Origin: a virus
Taxonomy: Duplodnaviria; Caudoviricetes
Direction: 5' to 3' (one strand)
IMG/VR virus record: IMGVR_UViG_3300028048_000075
Location: 1 to 64,000 of that record
Length of the DNA stretch: 64,000 nt
The first letter of the stretch is position 1; each line of letters starts with the position of its first letter. Of this stretch, positions 29,553 through 38,640 are shown one piece after another. The translations under genes and the position numbers were made by a program. The notes beneath the pieces were generated by a model, which worked only from the letters and a program-made list of their open reading frames with translations, made no database searches and was not told the origin of the DNA.

Positions 29553-30575
29553 ATGATTAATAAAATTTCAGACTCTAAATACTTTCAATTAGCTAATAAG
29601 AAGTATGGATATGATAAAATGTTTGAAAAAGTAGACTTCAATGATTATATAATTCCTTATAATCTTATTGAAGATAGATTATATGCTTTCAAAGGATATA
29701 AATATCCATTAGTACAGCAAGTAATTGATGCTGTAAGTAATAAAATTCTTATTCCATCCGATTTTAGTGTTTCAACTAACGTTAAATGTAAAACTGGTAA
29801 TCTTTATACCAATTTTAAACTTCCAAGACAAATGTTTAATTTAACAGGTTATGTCAATAAACCTATTATTTATTCAGATTTGAGTACTAAAGGTAAATAT
29901 ATGACTACTCCTCAAGGAGTCGTTACATACTATGATATTCCTGACATTATTCTCTATCACATGCTTTCTGGTGGATATATCCAATACAAATTGGTAACTG
30001 ATCCAAGTATTTCTCAAAGTAAAGAGTTTATATTTAAAATAGCTCAATTGTATACACATATTGTAGGAAAAATCATTGATAATTTGTTCCCAATTATTAG
30101 TACAACTAAAATTGGATCAAGTAAATTAACAATGCTTACTATGTGTTACTGTATGCAGTCAATGTTCTTCTTGACAAAAGAAGAAGCATTATCTCTTGCT
30201 TTCAAAAGTAAATTTGTTGAATTCCCAGAAGAAGTTGCAAGTGAATCATTGTATTATCAATCAGATTTGGATTTTATGAAATTTGATGATCCTACTATTC
30301 AATATCCAATTGACAATTTTACTAATATCATTTGTAAAGAATTTACATTCATTGATCCTAAAGCTTTCAATTCAAATATGCTTTCTCTTGCTTTCAAACG
30401 TAGATTGCAAGATAATTCTATTTTTGCACTTGAAACTGCTCCAGCATTTATCCATATGATAGTTATGGCTAATGCTTCAATAGGTTTGTATACTGATAAA
30501 ATGGTTCAACAATACATTCAATTATGTAAATTTGATATTGCTAAAGAAATAACATTGCTTGCAAAAGGTAGATGA
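29553..30575 (+). CDS. Hypothetical late protein (340 aa)
   Basis: GGAG RBS; GACA-N6-TA at 29517-29528. Confidence 0.75.
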   Translation: MINKISDSKYFQLANKKYGYDKMFEKVDFNDYIIPYNLIEDRLYAFKGYKYPLVQQVIDAVSNKILIPSDFSVSTNVKCKTGNLYTNFKLPRQMFNLTGYVNKPIIYSDLSTKGKYMTTPQGVVTYYDIPDIILYHMLSGGYIQYKLVTDPSISQSKEFIFKIAQLYTHIVGKIIDNLFPIISTTKIGSSKLTMLTMCYCMQSMFFLTKEEALSLAFKSKFVEFPEEVASESLYYQSDLDFMKFDDPTIQYPIDNFTNIICKEFTFIDPKAFNSNMLSLAFKRRLQDNSIFALETAPAFIHMIVMANASIGLYTDKMVQQYIQLCKFDIAKEITLLAKGR

Positions 30576-30649
30576 TTATAAAAATAAATATGCGGCCATA
30601 AAAAGCCGCATATTTATTAATATCGCAATATTTTCATTTATATATTATA

Positions 30650-30840
30650 ATACTGAAGAAGGTGATTTACACCAGTTAAGATCCAAGAGCCAAAAGCAGG
30701 TTGTTGGCTAATATCCCACCCTTCATTATATATGTACGGATCTTAATTGACGATACAGATTTTCAAGTCTGTATTCACAGTCTTCCATAATACTCCTTAC
30801 GAGGCAGAGAGGTTGGTTGTTATCCTCTCTGCCTCTTTTT
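30650..30840 (+). ncRNA. Candidate ~190-nt early small RNA
   Basis: Early promoter at 30634, 12-bp stem CAGTTAAGATCC/GGATCTTAATTG, internal hairpins, strong terminator at 30801-30840; no RBS-led plus-strand ORF. Confidence 0.5.
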
Positions 30841-30872
30841 ATATTTTTATTTTTTTCCTTACTAAAGTATAT

Positions 30873-31061
30873 ATGAGAGAAATTAGACAGTTTGGTAAAA
30901 GAAGTAAATCCGACAGATTGCCAGAAAAAATCAAATTGAAAGACGTTTTTGGTATATGTAATGACGGTTATCTTTCTAATAAAGCTAAGAATTTCATTAA
31001 ACAAACCACATCAGTTGATGTAGATTCTAAAGATGAAGGAGATATTGAAGATGAAAGTTGA
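30873..31061 (+). CDS. Small hypothetical protein (62 aa)
   Basis: The ORF-track frame is more plausibly started at ATG 30873, after the terminator. Confidence 0.5.
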   Translation: MREIRQFGKRSKSDRLPEKIKLKDVFGICNDGYLSNKAKNFIKQTTSVDVDSKDEGDIEDES

Positions 31062-31809
31062 GAATGTTCATATTACGGGTTTTAAAGCCGCTCTTAGAGG
31101 AATGAGAAATCCTTATGATTCTTGGGATAAATCAGATAGTGTAGAAGTCGATAATCGTGTAATTAGAAAATCGTGGCAGTTATTTGAAGATTTTATTGAT
31201 ACTGATGATTTTAAACCGATTATTGCTGAAGGTTATCCTTGTCTTGAAATAACTCTTGACGATAATATAATTATTGGAGAAAAAGATCTTAAACTTTGTA
31301 AACAGTTAATTTCTGGAGGACCAGTTCATTCTAAATTCCTTAGATACATTGATGTAACTATGGATATTACTGCTCCTATGGACTTCTGGAAAGAATACGA
31401 CACCTATAAAGTTGCTACAGTATCTAACAGTTGCTCAACAATGCATACTATTACTAAAAAAGATCTTTATCAAACTAATTTTAGTTTGGCTGGACTGAGA
31501 CCAAAAGACATAGCTCATCTACAACAGGACATCGGTTACATTAATGAAGTTATCCATGATGACAGCTTGAGTGATCTTGGAAAAACAAGAATTATCAGTA
31601 AACTTCTTCCACAAGGATTTGAACAAAAACGTACAGTTAAGATAAATTATGCTACTCTCGAAGGTCTATTCAAATGGAGAGTAAATCATAAACTTCTTGA
31701 ATGGCGTTGGCTGTGTAGTGAAGTACTTTTTAAATTCCCGTATTTCAAAGAATTTTTTATCCGTGAAGATAAAAATGAAACTAACTTATTAGATGATGAA
31801 CGAAGGTAA
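31051..31809 (+). CDS. ThyX-like (flavin-dependent thymidylate synthase-related) protein
   Basis: MRNPYDSW, HSKFLRYI, ITAPMDFWKEYDTYK, LLPQGF, RVNHKLLEW pattern of phage ThyX-like proteins; AAGGAG RBS. Confidence 0.65.
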   Translation: MKVENVHITGFKAALRGMRNPYDSWDKSDSVEVDNRVIRKSWQLFEDFIDTDDFKPIIAEGYPCLEITLDDNIIIGEKDLKLCKQLISGGPVHSKFLRYIDVTMDITAPMDFWKEYDTYKVATVSNSCSTMHTITKKDLYQTNFSLAGLRPKDIAHLQQDIGYINEVIHDDSLSDLGKTRIISKLLPQGFEQKRTVKINYATLEGLFKWRVNHKLLEWRWLCSEVLFKFPYFKEFFIREDKNETNLLDDERR

Positions 31810-31812
31810 TTT

Positions 31813-32184
31813 ATGAATAAAATAACCACTAGATTAACTGCCGAAATTTCTAATAAAGAGTTTTCAGAAATATTCGATAAGATAAAAAATGAACAAAATG
31901 TAGATAAATTGAAATCTATTTTTGTTAATGAACTTCCGATAGTATTGAACGAACGTTTGAAATATAATCGAAACCTAAATAAATTTGGGTTTTTGAAAAA
32001 TATTATTATCATTAAATATGATTTTAATGACGAAACAAAAGATTTATTTTCAATATTATTTTTATTTACAGAATTTTATGAATTCAAAGATAATAAATGT
32101 GTTTATTGCTATAGTGATCTATATCCGGACACTCAAAAATATAAAGAGATAACAAAGGAAAAGATAACATATGTTTTACAATAA
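31813..32184 (+). CDS. Hypothetical protein (123 aa)
   Basis: ORF in an operon. Confidence 0.6.
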   Translation: MNKITTRLTAEISNKEFSEIFDKIKNEQNVDKLKSIFVNELPIVLNERLKYNRNLNKFGFLKNIIIIKYDFNDETKDLFSILFLFTEFYEFKDNKCVYCYSDLYPDTQKYKEITKEKITYVLQ

Positions 32185-32251
32185 CTGAAGATAACTCTTC
32201 GATTAATTTTTTAAATAAAGAACTACAATTTTTTATAGAAGGAGATAAGAT

Positions 32252-32812
32252 ATGGCTGAAAAAATAATCATTAACCATGCCGAAGAAAATGAAGAAGAAA
32301 AGACTTACGAAGAAAACAAAAAGCGTTGGACAAACTCTAGAAAGTTTCATAAACGCAGATTTAAGAAACCGTTTGAAGTTGAAGTGACTTTGGTTGAAGG
32401 TGCAACTACTCTTCAGATGCCAGAACGTAAAACTTCCGGATCTGCAGGATACGATTTGAAAGCTTTTGGGGATTTTGTAGTTCCAGTAGGAAAATCAGCT
32501 TTGATTTCTACAGGTGTAAAAATGAAAATTCCATATGGAAATCTCGGTTTCATTACACCAAGATCAAGTATGGGCAAAATACTTGTAACAATACCCAATA
32601 GTCCAGGAACTATCGATTCTGACTACAGAGATGAAATTAAAGTCATTCTCTTCAATCAGGGAACAGAAGCATTGAAAATCGAAAGTGGAGATAGAATTGC
32701 TCAGATCATTTTTATGCCTATTCGTATTGGTAATCTTGTGTTAGTTCCAGAACTTTCACCAGATGCATCTAATGATCGTACTGGCGGTTTTGGTTCCACT
32801 GGCGTAAACTAA
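32252..32812 (+). CDS. dut: Trimeric dUTPase
   Basis: All five motifs: AGYDL, PRSS, GTIDSDYRDEI, GDRIAQ, RTGGFGSTG. Confidence 0.95.
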   Translation: MAEKIIINHAEENEEEKTYEENKKRWTNSRKFHKRRFKKPFEVEVTLVEGATTLQMPERKTSGSAGYDLKAFGDFVVPVGKSALISTGVKMKIPYGNLGFITPRSSMGKILVTIPNSPGTIDSDYRDEIKVILFNQGTEALKIESGDRIAQIIFMPIRIGNLVLVPELSPDASNDRTGGFGSTGVN

Positions 32813-32880
32813 ACAATAAAGGAGGCTAATCATTAGCCTCCTTTTTTATATTAGAACTTAAGTATATAGGAGATATTGTA

Positions 32881-33837
32881 ATGAATACAGAATTAAAATC
32901 TATGTTACGACAACGTTTTGCGTTAGGTATACTGTGCGCAGCACTTGTGCCAGCATGTATTTTATTTGGTTTGATTGGTGCTCGTTTGGGTACTAATGCT
33001 GATAATTGGTATATGTCTATTTCAGACACATATTATGCCAATTCAAAGATGTGTATGATTGGTCTATTGTTTGCAACAGGAATTTTCTTTTTTACGTATA
33101 AAGGATACGATTGGAAAGACAGACTCTGTTCAATTGTTCAGGCTTTCTGTTGTATGGGAATCATCGCATTTCCTTGTAAAGGTCCTGATGCTGACGCTAG
33201 AGTTGGCCTATTTAGTGCAGTTGCAAGAGAATCTAATAAAATTCATCTTTTCTTAGCGACTCTACTATTTGTAACATTTGCTATTAACGTCCTTTGTTTA
33301 TTTACTCTTGGCAAAGGTGAACCTACAAGTCAGAAAAAACGTAGAAATCGTATTTATCGTATTTGTGGTATTGTTATTGTAGCATTTATTGTTGTTCAGG
33401 CGCTTTGTGTTACAGTTCTTAAGGGACGTATTCCATCTTGGTTGCCAACCACTCTCATTAACGAATTCTTTATGCTCGAAGCTTTTGCATTTGCATATAT
33501 CGTAAAATCTGAAGCTATTAAGAGTTTTAATGATGGTTATGAGAAAGTAAAGGTTGTTACTAAGACAGAATATGTTGAGGTTGAAAAACCTGTTCCTGTT
33601 CCTGTTCCTGTTCCAGATGACGACAAAATAAGTGACGTTGTTATCGAAGAACCGACAGAACCAGAAGAGCCAACTATCGAGGAACCGAAGGAAGAAGAAA
33701 AACCTGAAGAAACTCCTACTGAACCTGAAAAACCTGTAGAGCCTGAAAATGTTCCAGAAAGTGTTATTGGATTCTTCCAGAAAATCGGTATCAGTATTGA
33801 CGAAGCTCTTGGTAAACTTTTCAGAAAAAGAAAGTGA
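32881..33837 (+). CDS. Multi-pass membrane protein with Pro/Glu-rich C-terminal tail
   Basis: About 6 TM segments, SISDTYY motif, then a PVPVPVPVP and EEP/PEE low-complexity linker. Confidence 0.75.
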   Translation: MNTELKSMLRQRFALGILCAALVPACILFGLIGARLGTNADNWYMSISDTYYANSKMCMIGLLFATGIFFFTYKGYDWKDRLCSIVQAFCCMGIIAFPCKGPDADARVGLFSAVARESNKIHLFLATLLFVTFAINVLCLFTLGKGEPTSQKKRRNRIYRICGIVIVAFIVVQALCVTVLKGRIPSWLPTTLINEFFMLEAFAFAYIVKSEAIKSFNDGYEKVKVVTKTEYVEVEKPVPVPVPVPDDDKISDVVIEEPTEPEEPTIEEPKEEEKPEETPTEPEKPVEPENVPESVIGFFQKIGISIDEALGKLFRKRK

Positions 33838-33944
33838 TAGTATGAATTGTGAACTTCTTATCATCTTATCAGGCATTTTGGTCTGTTTGACAGTTTTGAC
33901 TTTACAATAAAAAAATCTCCGGAGCAATCCGGAGATTTAATATT

Positions 33945-34238
33945 TTAATCCCATTTATGAGGACCAGATGGAGATCTAATCCCTCTGGATTTTAAGTATC
34001 GATGTGCATGTTGTGCACGTCTTTTACACATAGCTCGATTCCGTTCCGCACATTCTTTCTCAACTTTCCATTGAGGTTTTACATAACGGTAATCGATACC
34101 TCTACTGTTTCTAGCAGAATCGCGCAATTGTTGGTTATGAACATTTTCATCATAAACTGCTTCTTTATATTCCCAATATGCACGATCTCTATCACTACTA
34201 CTCATCAAATCTGTAGATGCCATAGATATATCCTCCAA
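33945..34238 (-). CDS. Hypothetical protein
   Basis: Probable start MASTDL at about 34223 after GGAGG. Confidence 0.6.
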   Translation of the reverse strand: MEDISMASTDLMSSSDRDRAYWEYKEAVYDENVHNQQLRDSARNSRGIDYRYVKPQWKVEKECAERNRAMCKRRAQHAHRYLKSRGIRSPSGPHKWD

Positions 34239-34309
34239 AAGTAAATTTATATTATTTTTTATACTTATATATTATTATTAATGAATACACTATAAATGGA
34301 GGAAAATTA

Positions 34310-34633
34310 ATGGCTAATAAAAATATTCTTAAAATGCCAGATGAGTATTTTCAGAATGTTAACAACGATGAAGATCTTTTGACTAGTGAAGAAGAAAATG
34401 CTAGGAGAGAAGTGGCGGACTATATGGAAAACCATTACATGGAAGAGTGTAGAGATGACTATAACAAGAATTCTTCAACTTCTAAGAAAGAAGAAGAAAA
34501 GAATGATCCGTTTATGACAGGTCTTGCTGTAGTCTGTTCCGCTGCACTGATTTCATCAATTGTTGGAGGAATTTCAACTTTCTTTACAAATAGGAAAGTT
34601 AATAAATTTCTCAAAGAACAGAAAAACAAGTAA
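34310..34633 (+). CDS. Early protein with C-terminal TM helix
   Basis: GGAGG RBS; early promoter at about 34262-34284. Confidence 0.7.
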   Translation: MANKNILKMPDEYFQNVNNDEDLLTSEEENARREVADYMENHYMEECRDDYNKNSSTSKKEEEKNDPFMTGLAVVCSAALISSIVGGISTFFTNRKVNKFLKEQKNK

Positions 34634-34718
34634 AGCAAATTGAGAAAAAAGAGGGGATTTGATAATCCCTTCTTTTTTTTTATGACTATTTAATATAACA
34701 AAAAGAGGTGTATAAGTT

Positions 34719-34928
34719 ATGAAAAATCCATTTAAATCTGACGTTGTTAAAATGGTTATTATGCTTTTAACATGTGTTTCATTAATTGTAATCATAGTTT
34801 TACATAGTTTTGGAATAATTACTGAATTCGTTAAAGATGTTTCTATGCTATGTGTAATTTTGATATTGTTTTGCTTTTTGATATATGGAATAAAAGAATT
34901 TCATGATTTTAAAGACAAAAATGAATGA
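34719..34928 (+). CDS. Small two-TM membrane protein (69 aa)
   Basis: GAGGTG RBS, two hydrophobic helices, charged tail. Confidence 0.65.
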   Translation: MKNPFKSDVVKMVIMLLTCVSLIVIIVLHSFGIITEFVKDVSMLCVILILFCFLIYGIKEFHDFKDKNE

Positions 34929-35022
34929 TTTTTATAAGAAGGAGTTTTGCACTCCTTCTTTTTTATTTATATATTATAAAAATGCAAATTACAACAAAAT
35001 ATCAATAAAGGGGTGTTATATT

Positions 35023-37428
35023 ATGTCTGAAGCTAAAGCTGTCATTTATGATGATGATAATATTAAAACTTTGGATTCTATTAGTGCTATACGATTACGT
35101 CCAGCAATGTATGTTGATGGAATTGGAGAGTCTGGTTTATATAAGATCGATTGCGAAGCTGTTCAAAACATTTTTGATGAATATTTGGTTGGAAGATGTA
35201 CATCTTGTAACGTTGAATATAACTCATCTACAGGATATATGAGAGTTGAAGATGATGGCGCTGGAATACCTATTGGTAAAATAGTCGATATTTTCACTAA
35301 AGCTCATACTGGTGGAAAGTTTGATAGAGAAGCATATGAGATAAGTTCAGGCCAGAATGGTGTTGGCAGTAAGGCGATAAATGCTCTTAGTAAAAGTCTT
35401 AGAGTTGAAGTTTGGAGAACAGAATATGTCGATAGGAGTGATAATAAAGTTCTTCCTAAGCATGCTGTTTTACAATTTGAAAAAGGTCGTCTTAAAGATG
35501 AATTCTACGAAGATGTTCCAAATTCCACAAAACATGGTACGCTTCTTGAATATTATTCTGATGATGAAATAATGAAAACTAACGTTAGAAACGTTAGAAG
35601 ATTTGCAGATTATTTGAATATGAATTCTTATTTGCTTCCAGGAATTCATATTTCATATACCGTCGATGGTAAAGAAAATGTTTTCTATCATGAAGGTGGT
35701 ATATCGGAATTATTCACAAATCGTTTTATAAAAGAAAAACATGTCAAAACTATGTTCGACCATATAGAAGTTCATGGAAATGAACGAATGTTTAGTTTTG
35801 ATATAGTATTTTCATATAATCCTATAAATACTGGAGATTCAAATATTGTATCTGCTGTAAATGGAAATAACACTCCATTACATGGAGTACATGTTTCTTC
35901 ATTTAGAGCTGGTGCAGCATTAGCACTTACAGATTATTTGAAAGAAAACAGTGATTTGATACCGAAATCTTTGAAAAACGTCAATATTTCCGGAACTATT
36001 GTTGGTGACAATATAGTTGCTGTTGTTTCTGTAAAGCACAGAGAACCATTGTATAGTGGTCAAACTAAAGAAGCATTTAAATCTGATGATGTTCAAGAAC
36101 CAATTAAGCAAACTACACGTAAAGTATTTGCGAAATGGTTGAGAGATAATCCTCAGGGCGCTAAGAAATTAGTTAGCATGATTATTGATTATGCTAAGTA
36201 TGAAGAAGAGAGAAAGAAACTTAAGAAAAATCTTATTGAATCTAAGGTAGCTAAAAGTGCTTTTGCTGCTAATGGTGTAGATCCTACGAAATATACTACT
36301 TGTAGAAGTAATAATCCTGAAGAAAGAGAACTCTTTATAGTAGAAGGAGACTCTGCTGGTGGTAACGTAGTACTTGCACAAGATCGTGAATTCCAAGCAC
36401 TTTATAAACTTACTGGTAAGATTCTTAACGTTATTAAATCAAACACAAGTAACTTGAGTAAAGTTATTATGGAATTGGTGAAAATTCTTGGTATGGGATT
36501 ACCTACTAATGGAAATCCTCCTAATTATAAGAATTTACAATACCATAAAATAATCATATTGACTGATGCTGATGATGATGGTGCACACATCGCTACACTT
36601 CTATTGGCATTCTTTTATAGATTCTATCCAAAACTTATTGAGGATGGAAATGTATTTATTGCTAATCCTCCGATTAAGAAACTCACAATGTCTAATGGAA
36701 AATACTTCTATATTCATACTGAAGCAGATTACAGTAGACTTATGAGAGAATTCATTTCTGAATCATTTGAGTTAATCAGTGCTAAGAATGGATACGTCAT
36801 GTCAAAAGGTTTCTTTGAGGAATACATTTATCACATTCAGGGATATGATAACCTTATTGAAAACCATGCACATGCATTAGCGATCGACAATGATCTTCTT
36901 GAGCATATTATAATTAATATCAATATTCTCACTCAGTGTAGTGATAATAGAGAAGATAAGTTTAACAAAGCTTTTTATAAGAACACAGGGTTCTATGTAC
37001 GTAAAATGGTTGGTCAACCTTATTACACATTTGATAAAGGAACTTATCATGCTAACGTACGTATAGATAAGAATTTTATAGATCATCATTTTTATGAGAT
37101 TGCTGACAAGCTTAATGAAATCATGTATTACGGTTTATCTTTAAGGGGAAAACGCTCCGGAAAAGTTTACCGTGGTACAATATATTCTCTCATGAAAGTT
37201 ATGAATGGAATACTTGGACCTAAAGTCGATATCAAGCGATTTAAAGGTCTTGGTGAAATGAGTTGTAGAGATCTTACAGAAACTACGATTAATCCTACAA
37301 AGAGATTGCTTACTCAAGTGAGAATGTCTGATGCAGAAAAAGCCGACAGAGCTATGCAAATCTTCATGAACGACACTTACATAAAGTATAAGCGATTATT
37401 CTATGCTGGAAGGATCGATTTTGACTAA
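35023..37428 (+). CDS. gyrB: Type IIA topoisomerase (gyrase-like) B subunit
   Basis: IRLRPAMYV, EDDGAGIP, HTGGKF, GVGSKAINALS, VEGDSAGG, TDADDDGAHI, RFKGLGEM; start moved to MSEAK. Confidence 0.93.
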   Translation: MSEAKAVIYDDDNIKTLDSISAIRLRPAMYVDGIGESGLYKIDCEAVQNIFDEYLVGRCTSCNVEYNSSTGYMRVEDDGAGIPIGKIVDIFTKAHTGGKFDREAYEISSGQNGVGSKAINALSKSLRVEVWRTEYVDRSDNKVLPKHAVLQFEKGRLKDEFYEDVPNSTKHGTLLEYYSDDEIMKTNVRNVRRFADYLNMNSYLLPGIHISYTVDGKENVFYHEGGISELFTNRFIKEKHVKTMFDHIEVHGNERMFSFDIVFSYNPINTGDSNIVSAVNGNNTPLHGVHVSSFRAGAALALTDYLKENSDLIPKSLKNVNISGTIVGDNIVAVVSVKHREPLYSGQTKEAFKSDDVQEPIKQTTRKVFAKWLRDNPQGAKKLVSMIIDYAKYEEERKKLKKNLIESKVAKSAFAANGVDPTKYTTCRSNNPEERELFIVEGDSAGGNVVLAQDREFQALYKLTGKILNVIKSNTSNLSKVIMELVKILGMGLPTNGNPPNYKNLQYHKIIILTDADDDGAHIATLLLAFFYRFYPKLIEDGNVFIANPPIKKLTMSNGKYFYIHTEADYSRLMREFISESFELISAKNGYVMSKGFFEEYIYHIQGYDNLIENHAHALAIDNDLLEHIIININILTQCSDNREDKFNKAFYKNTGFYVRKMVGQPYYTFDKGTYHANVRIDKNFIDHHFYEIADKLNEIMYYGLSLRGKRSGKVYRGTIYSLMKVMNGILGPKVDIKRFKGLGEMSCRDLTETTINPTKRLLTQVRMSDAEKADRAMQIFMNDTYIKYKRLFYAGRIDFD

Positions 37429-37453
37429 ACCCAAATTTGTGAGAAATTATTGT

Positions 37454-37465
37454 AACATATAAATA
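37454..37465 (+). promoter_or_regulatory. Late-type AACA-N6-TA motif heading the RNA island
   Basis: AACATATAAATA inside the loop of the hairpin after gyrB. Confidence 0.45.
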
Positions 37466-37909
37466 TAATTTCTCACAAAGGGTTCGTTTTTGTACACCAG
37501 ATGTTCGAAGGGTTTTACTTTAGAGCATTTTGTTAAGAACATTTGGTCATTTTCGATTTTACAACTCTTTTTGAATTTTTGTAGAGTTTAATTCAGGATT
37601 CCGGAATAGACATCTATTACCCTTTGCATGGTAGGCGGATGCGTCGGCTGAGTCTCGAGACCGTAGGTTGATGGTCGGGATCCTGTTAAAATTAGCACAT
37701 ATCCGGTAATCGAGCAATTATCGAGTGTGCGGGGGTTTGGAACTTGCTCCTCTAGACCTGACAGCGGGGCGTCGACACAATTATCTAGTCGATGCTCCGC
37801 TATTTATTTTTTAAGCCTATCCACTTTCATGGTTTATGTTTTACCGGAAGTGGAGATTTTATAACTAGATTTTCTCCGTCATCTAGTCAAAACTATAGAT
37901 TTTTTTTTC

Positions 37910-38009
37910 GTCGGTTTGGTTTAGTGGCAGAACGCCTTGTATACTTGAATAGTTACTACACTCCTGTTTCAAGTTTGAGGAAACATATGTTCGATTCATA
38001 TAACTGACA
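37910..38009 (+). ncRNA. tRNA-like RNA with extended anticodon arm (100 nt)
   Basis: Acceptor GTCGGTT/AACTGAC+A, D-arm GTTT-AGTGGCA-GAAC, T-arm ATATG-TTCGATT-CATAT. A 36-nt hairpin insert replaces the 7-nt anticodon loop. Confidence 0.75.
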
Positions 38010-38203
38010 AAGTGAGCCCAAAATATAAAAAAGAGATTCGAGTCCATCCAATAAAACGATCTCCTGCTGAAGACAGCACAATTTTGGGTTTCACGTTTTG
38101 TAAACTTTTTGAAAGGTTGTTTACATTATCATTCGAATGGACTGGATATCTGTCCAGTCCATTTATTTTTTAAAATACAAAGTATATAATAATATATTTG
38201 TAA

Positions 38204-38276
38204 GGGATATTAGCTCAGTAGGTAGAGCAACGGACTGTTAATCCGTGTGTCGATGGTTCGATCCCATCATATCCCG
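38204..38276 (+). tRNA. tRNA-Asn (GTT)
   Basis: Canonical cloverleaf, anticodon arm ACGGA-CTGTTAA-TCCGT; no encoded CCA. Confidence 0.95.
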
Positions 38277-38279
38277 AGA

Positions 38280-38451
38280 CCGTATTGCGGAGTTGGCATA
38301 TACCAAGTGGATTGGAATTTTGTGCACTAGAAAAATTCTTATGTTTAATATCAGGTAATACTAGGTAATTCGTGCTGATAACTAAACGTAAAATAAAATC
38401 CCGCCAATGGCGATGAATACGGAACCCCGGATCGAAACTTTGGTGCGATAA
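38280..38451 (+). ncRNA. Multi-branched structured RNA between tRNAs
   Basis: Stems CCGTATT/AATACGG, TTGG/CCAA, GGATT/AATCC, GAATTTT/AAAATTC, TTATGTTTA/TAAACGTAA, TATCAG/CTGATA, CGCC/GGCG. Confidence 0.45.
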
Positions 38452-38499
38452 CGAATGACAGGGCCCTTTAGTCATTCGAAGTCAGTTTCGATTATTTTT

Positions 38500-38572
38500 G
38501 GACTTTTAGCTCAGACGGTAGAGCAACGCCCTTTTAAGGCGTGGGTCGCGGGTTCAAATCCCGCAAAGTTCA
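38500..38572 (+). tRNA. tRNA-Lys (TTT)
   Basis: Canonical cloverleaf, ACGCC-CTTTTAA-GGCGT; no encoded CCA. Confidence 0.95.
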
Positions 38573-38640
38573 TTGACCACGATAGAGATAGTGTAGAGTT
38601 TAAAACTTTTCCGAACCATTATCTTAGTAGTGGTCTTTAT

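Noticed and set aside
33298-33927. 209-aa antisense ORF and similar shadow ORFs (e.g. 40951-41490, 45718-46227, 60602-61099)
   Set aside because: They are opposite-strand shadows of real genes, with biased composition and no RBS.
36700-37200. Intein in gyrB or the RNAP subunits
   Set aside because: No C/S...HN splice motifs; the extra segment matches the position of the known GyrB TOPRIM insertion.
38064-38125. Hammerhead ribozyme suggested by CTGAAGA and a downstream GAAA
   Set aside because: CTGAAGA lies within the TGCTG-AAGA-CAGCA hairpin, and the three required stems cannot be built.
37480-38200. RNase P, tmRNA, SRP RNA or CRISPR array
   Set aside because: No GAGGAAAGUCC core, no tag ORF with a G3.U70 acceptor, no SRP loop motif, and no repeat-spacer periodicity.
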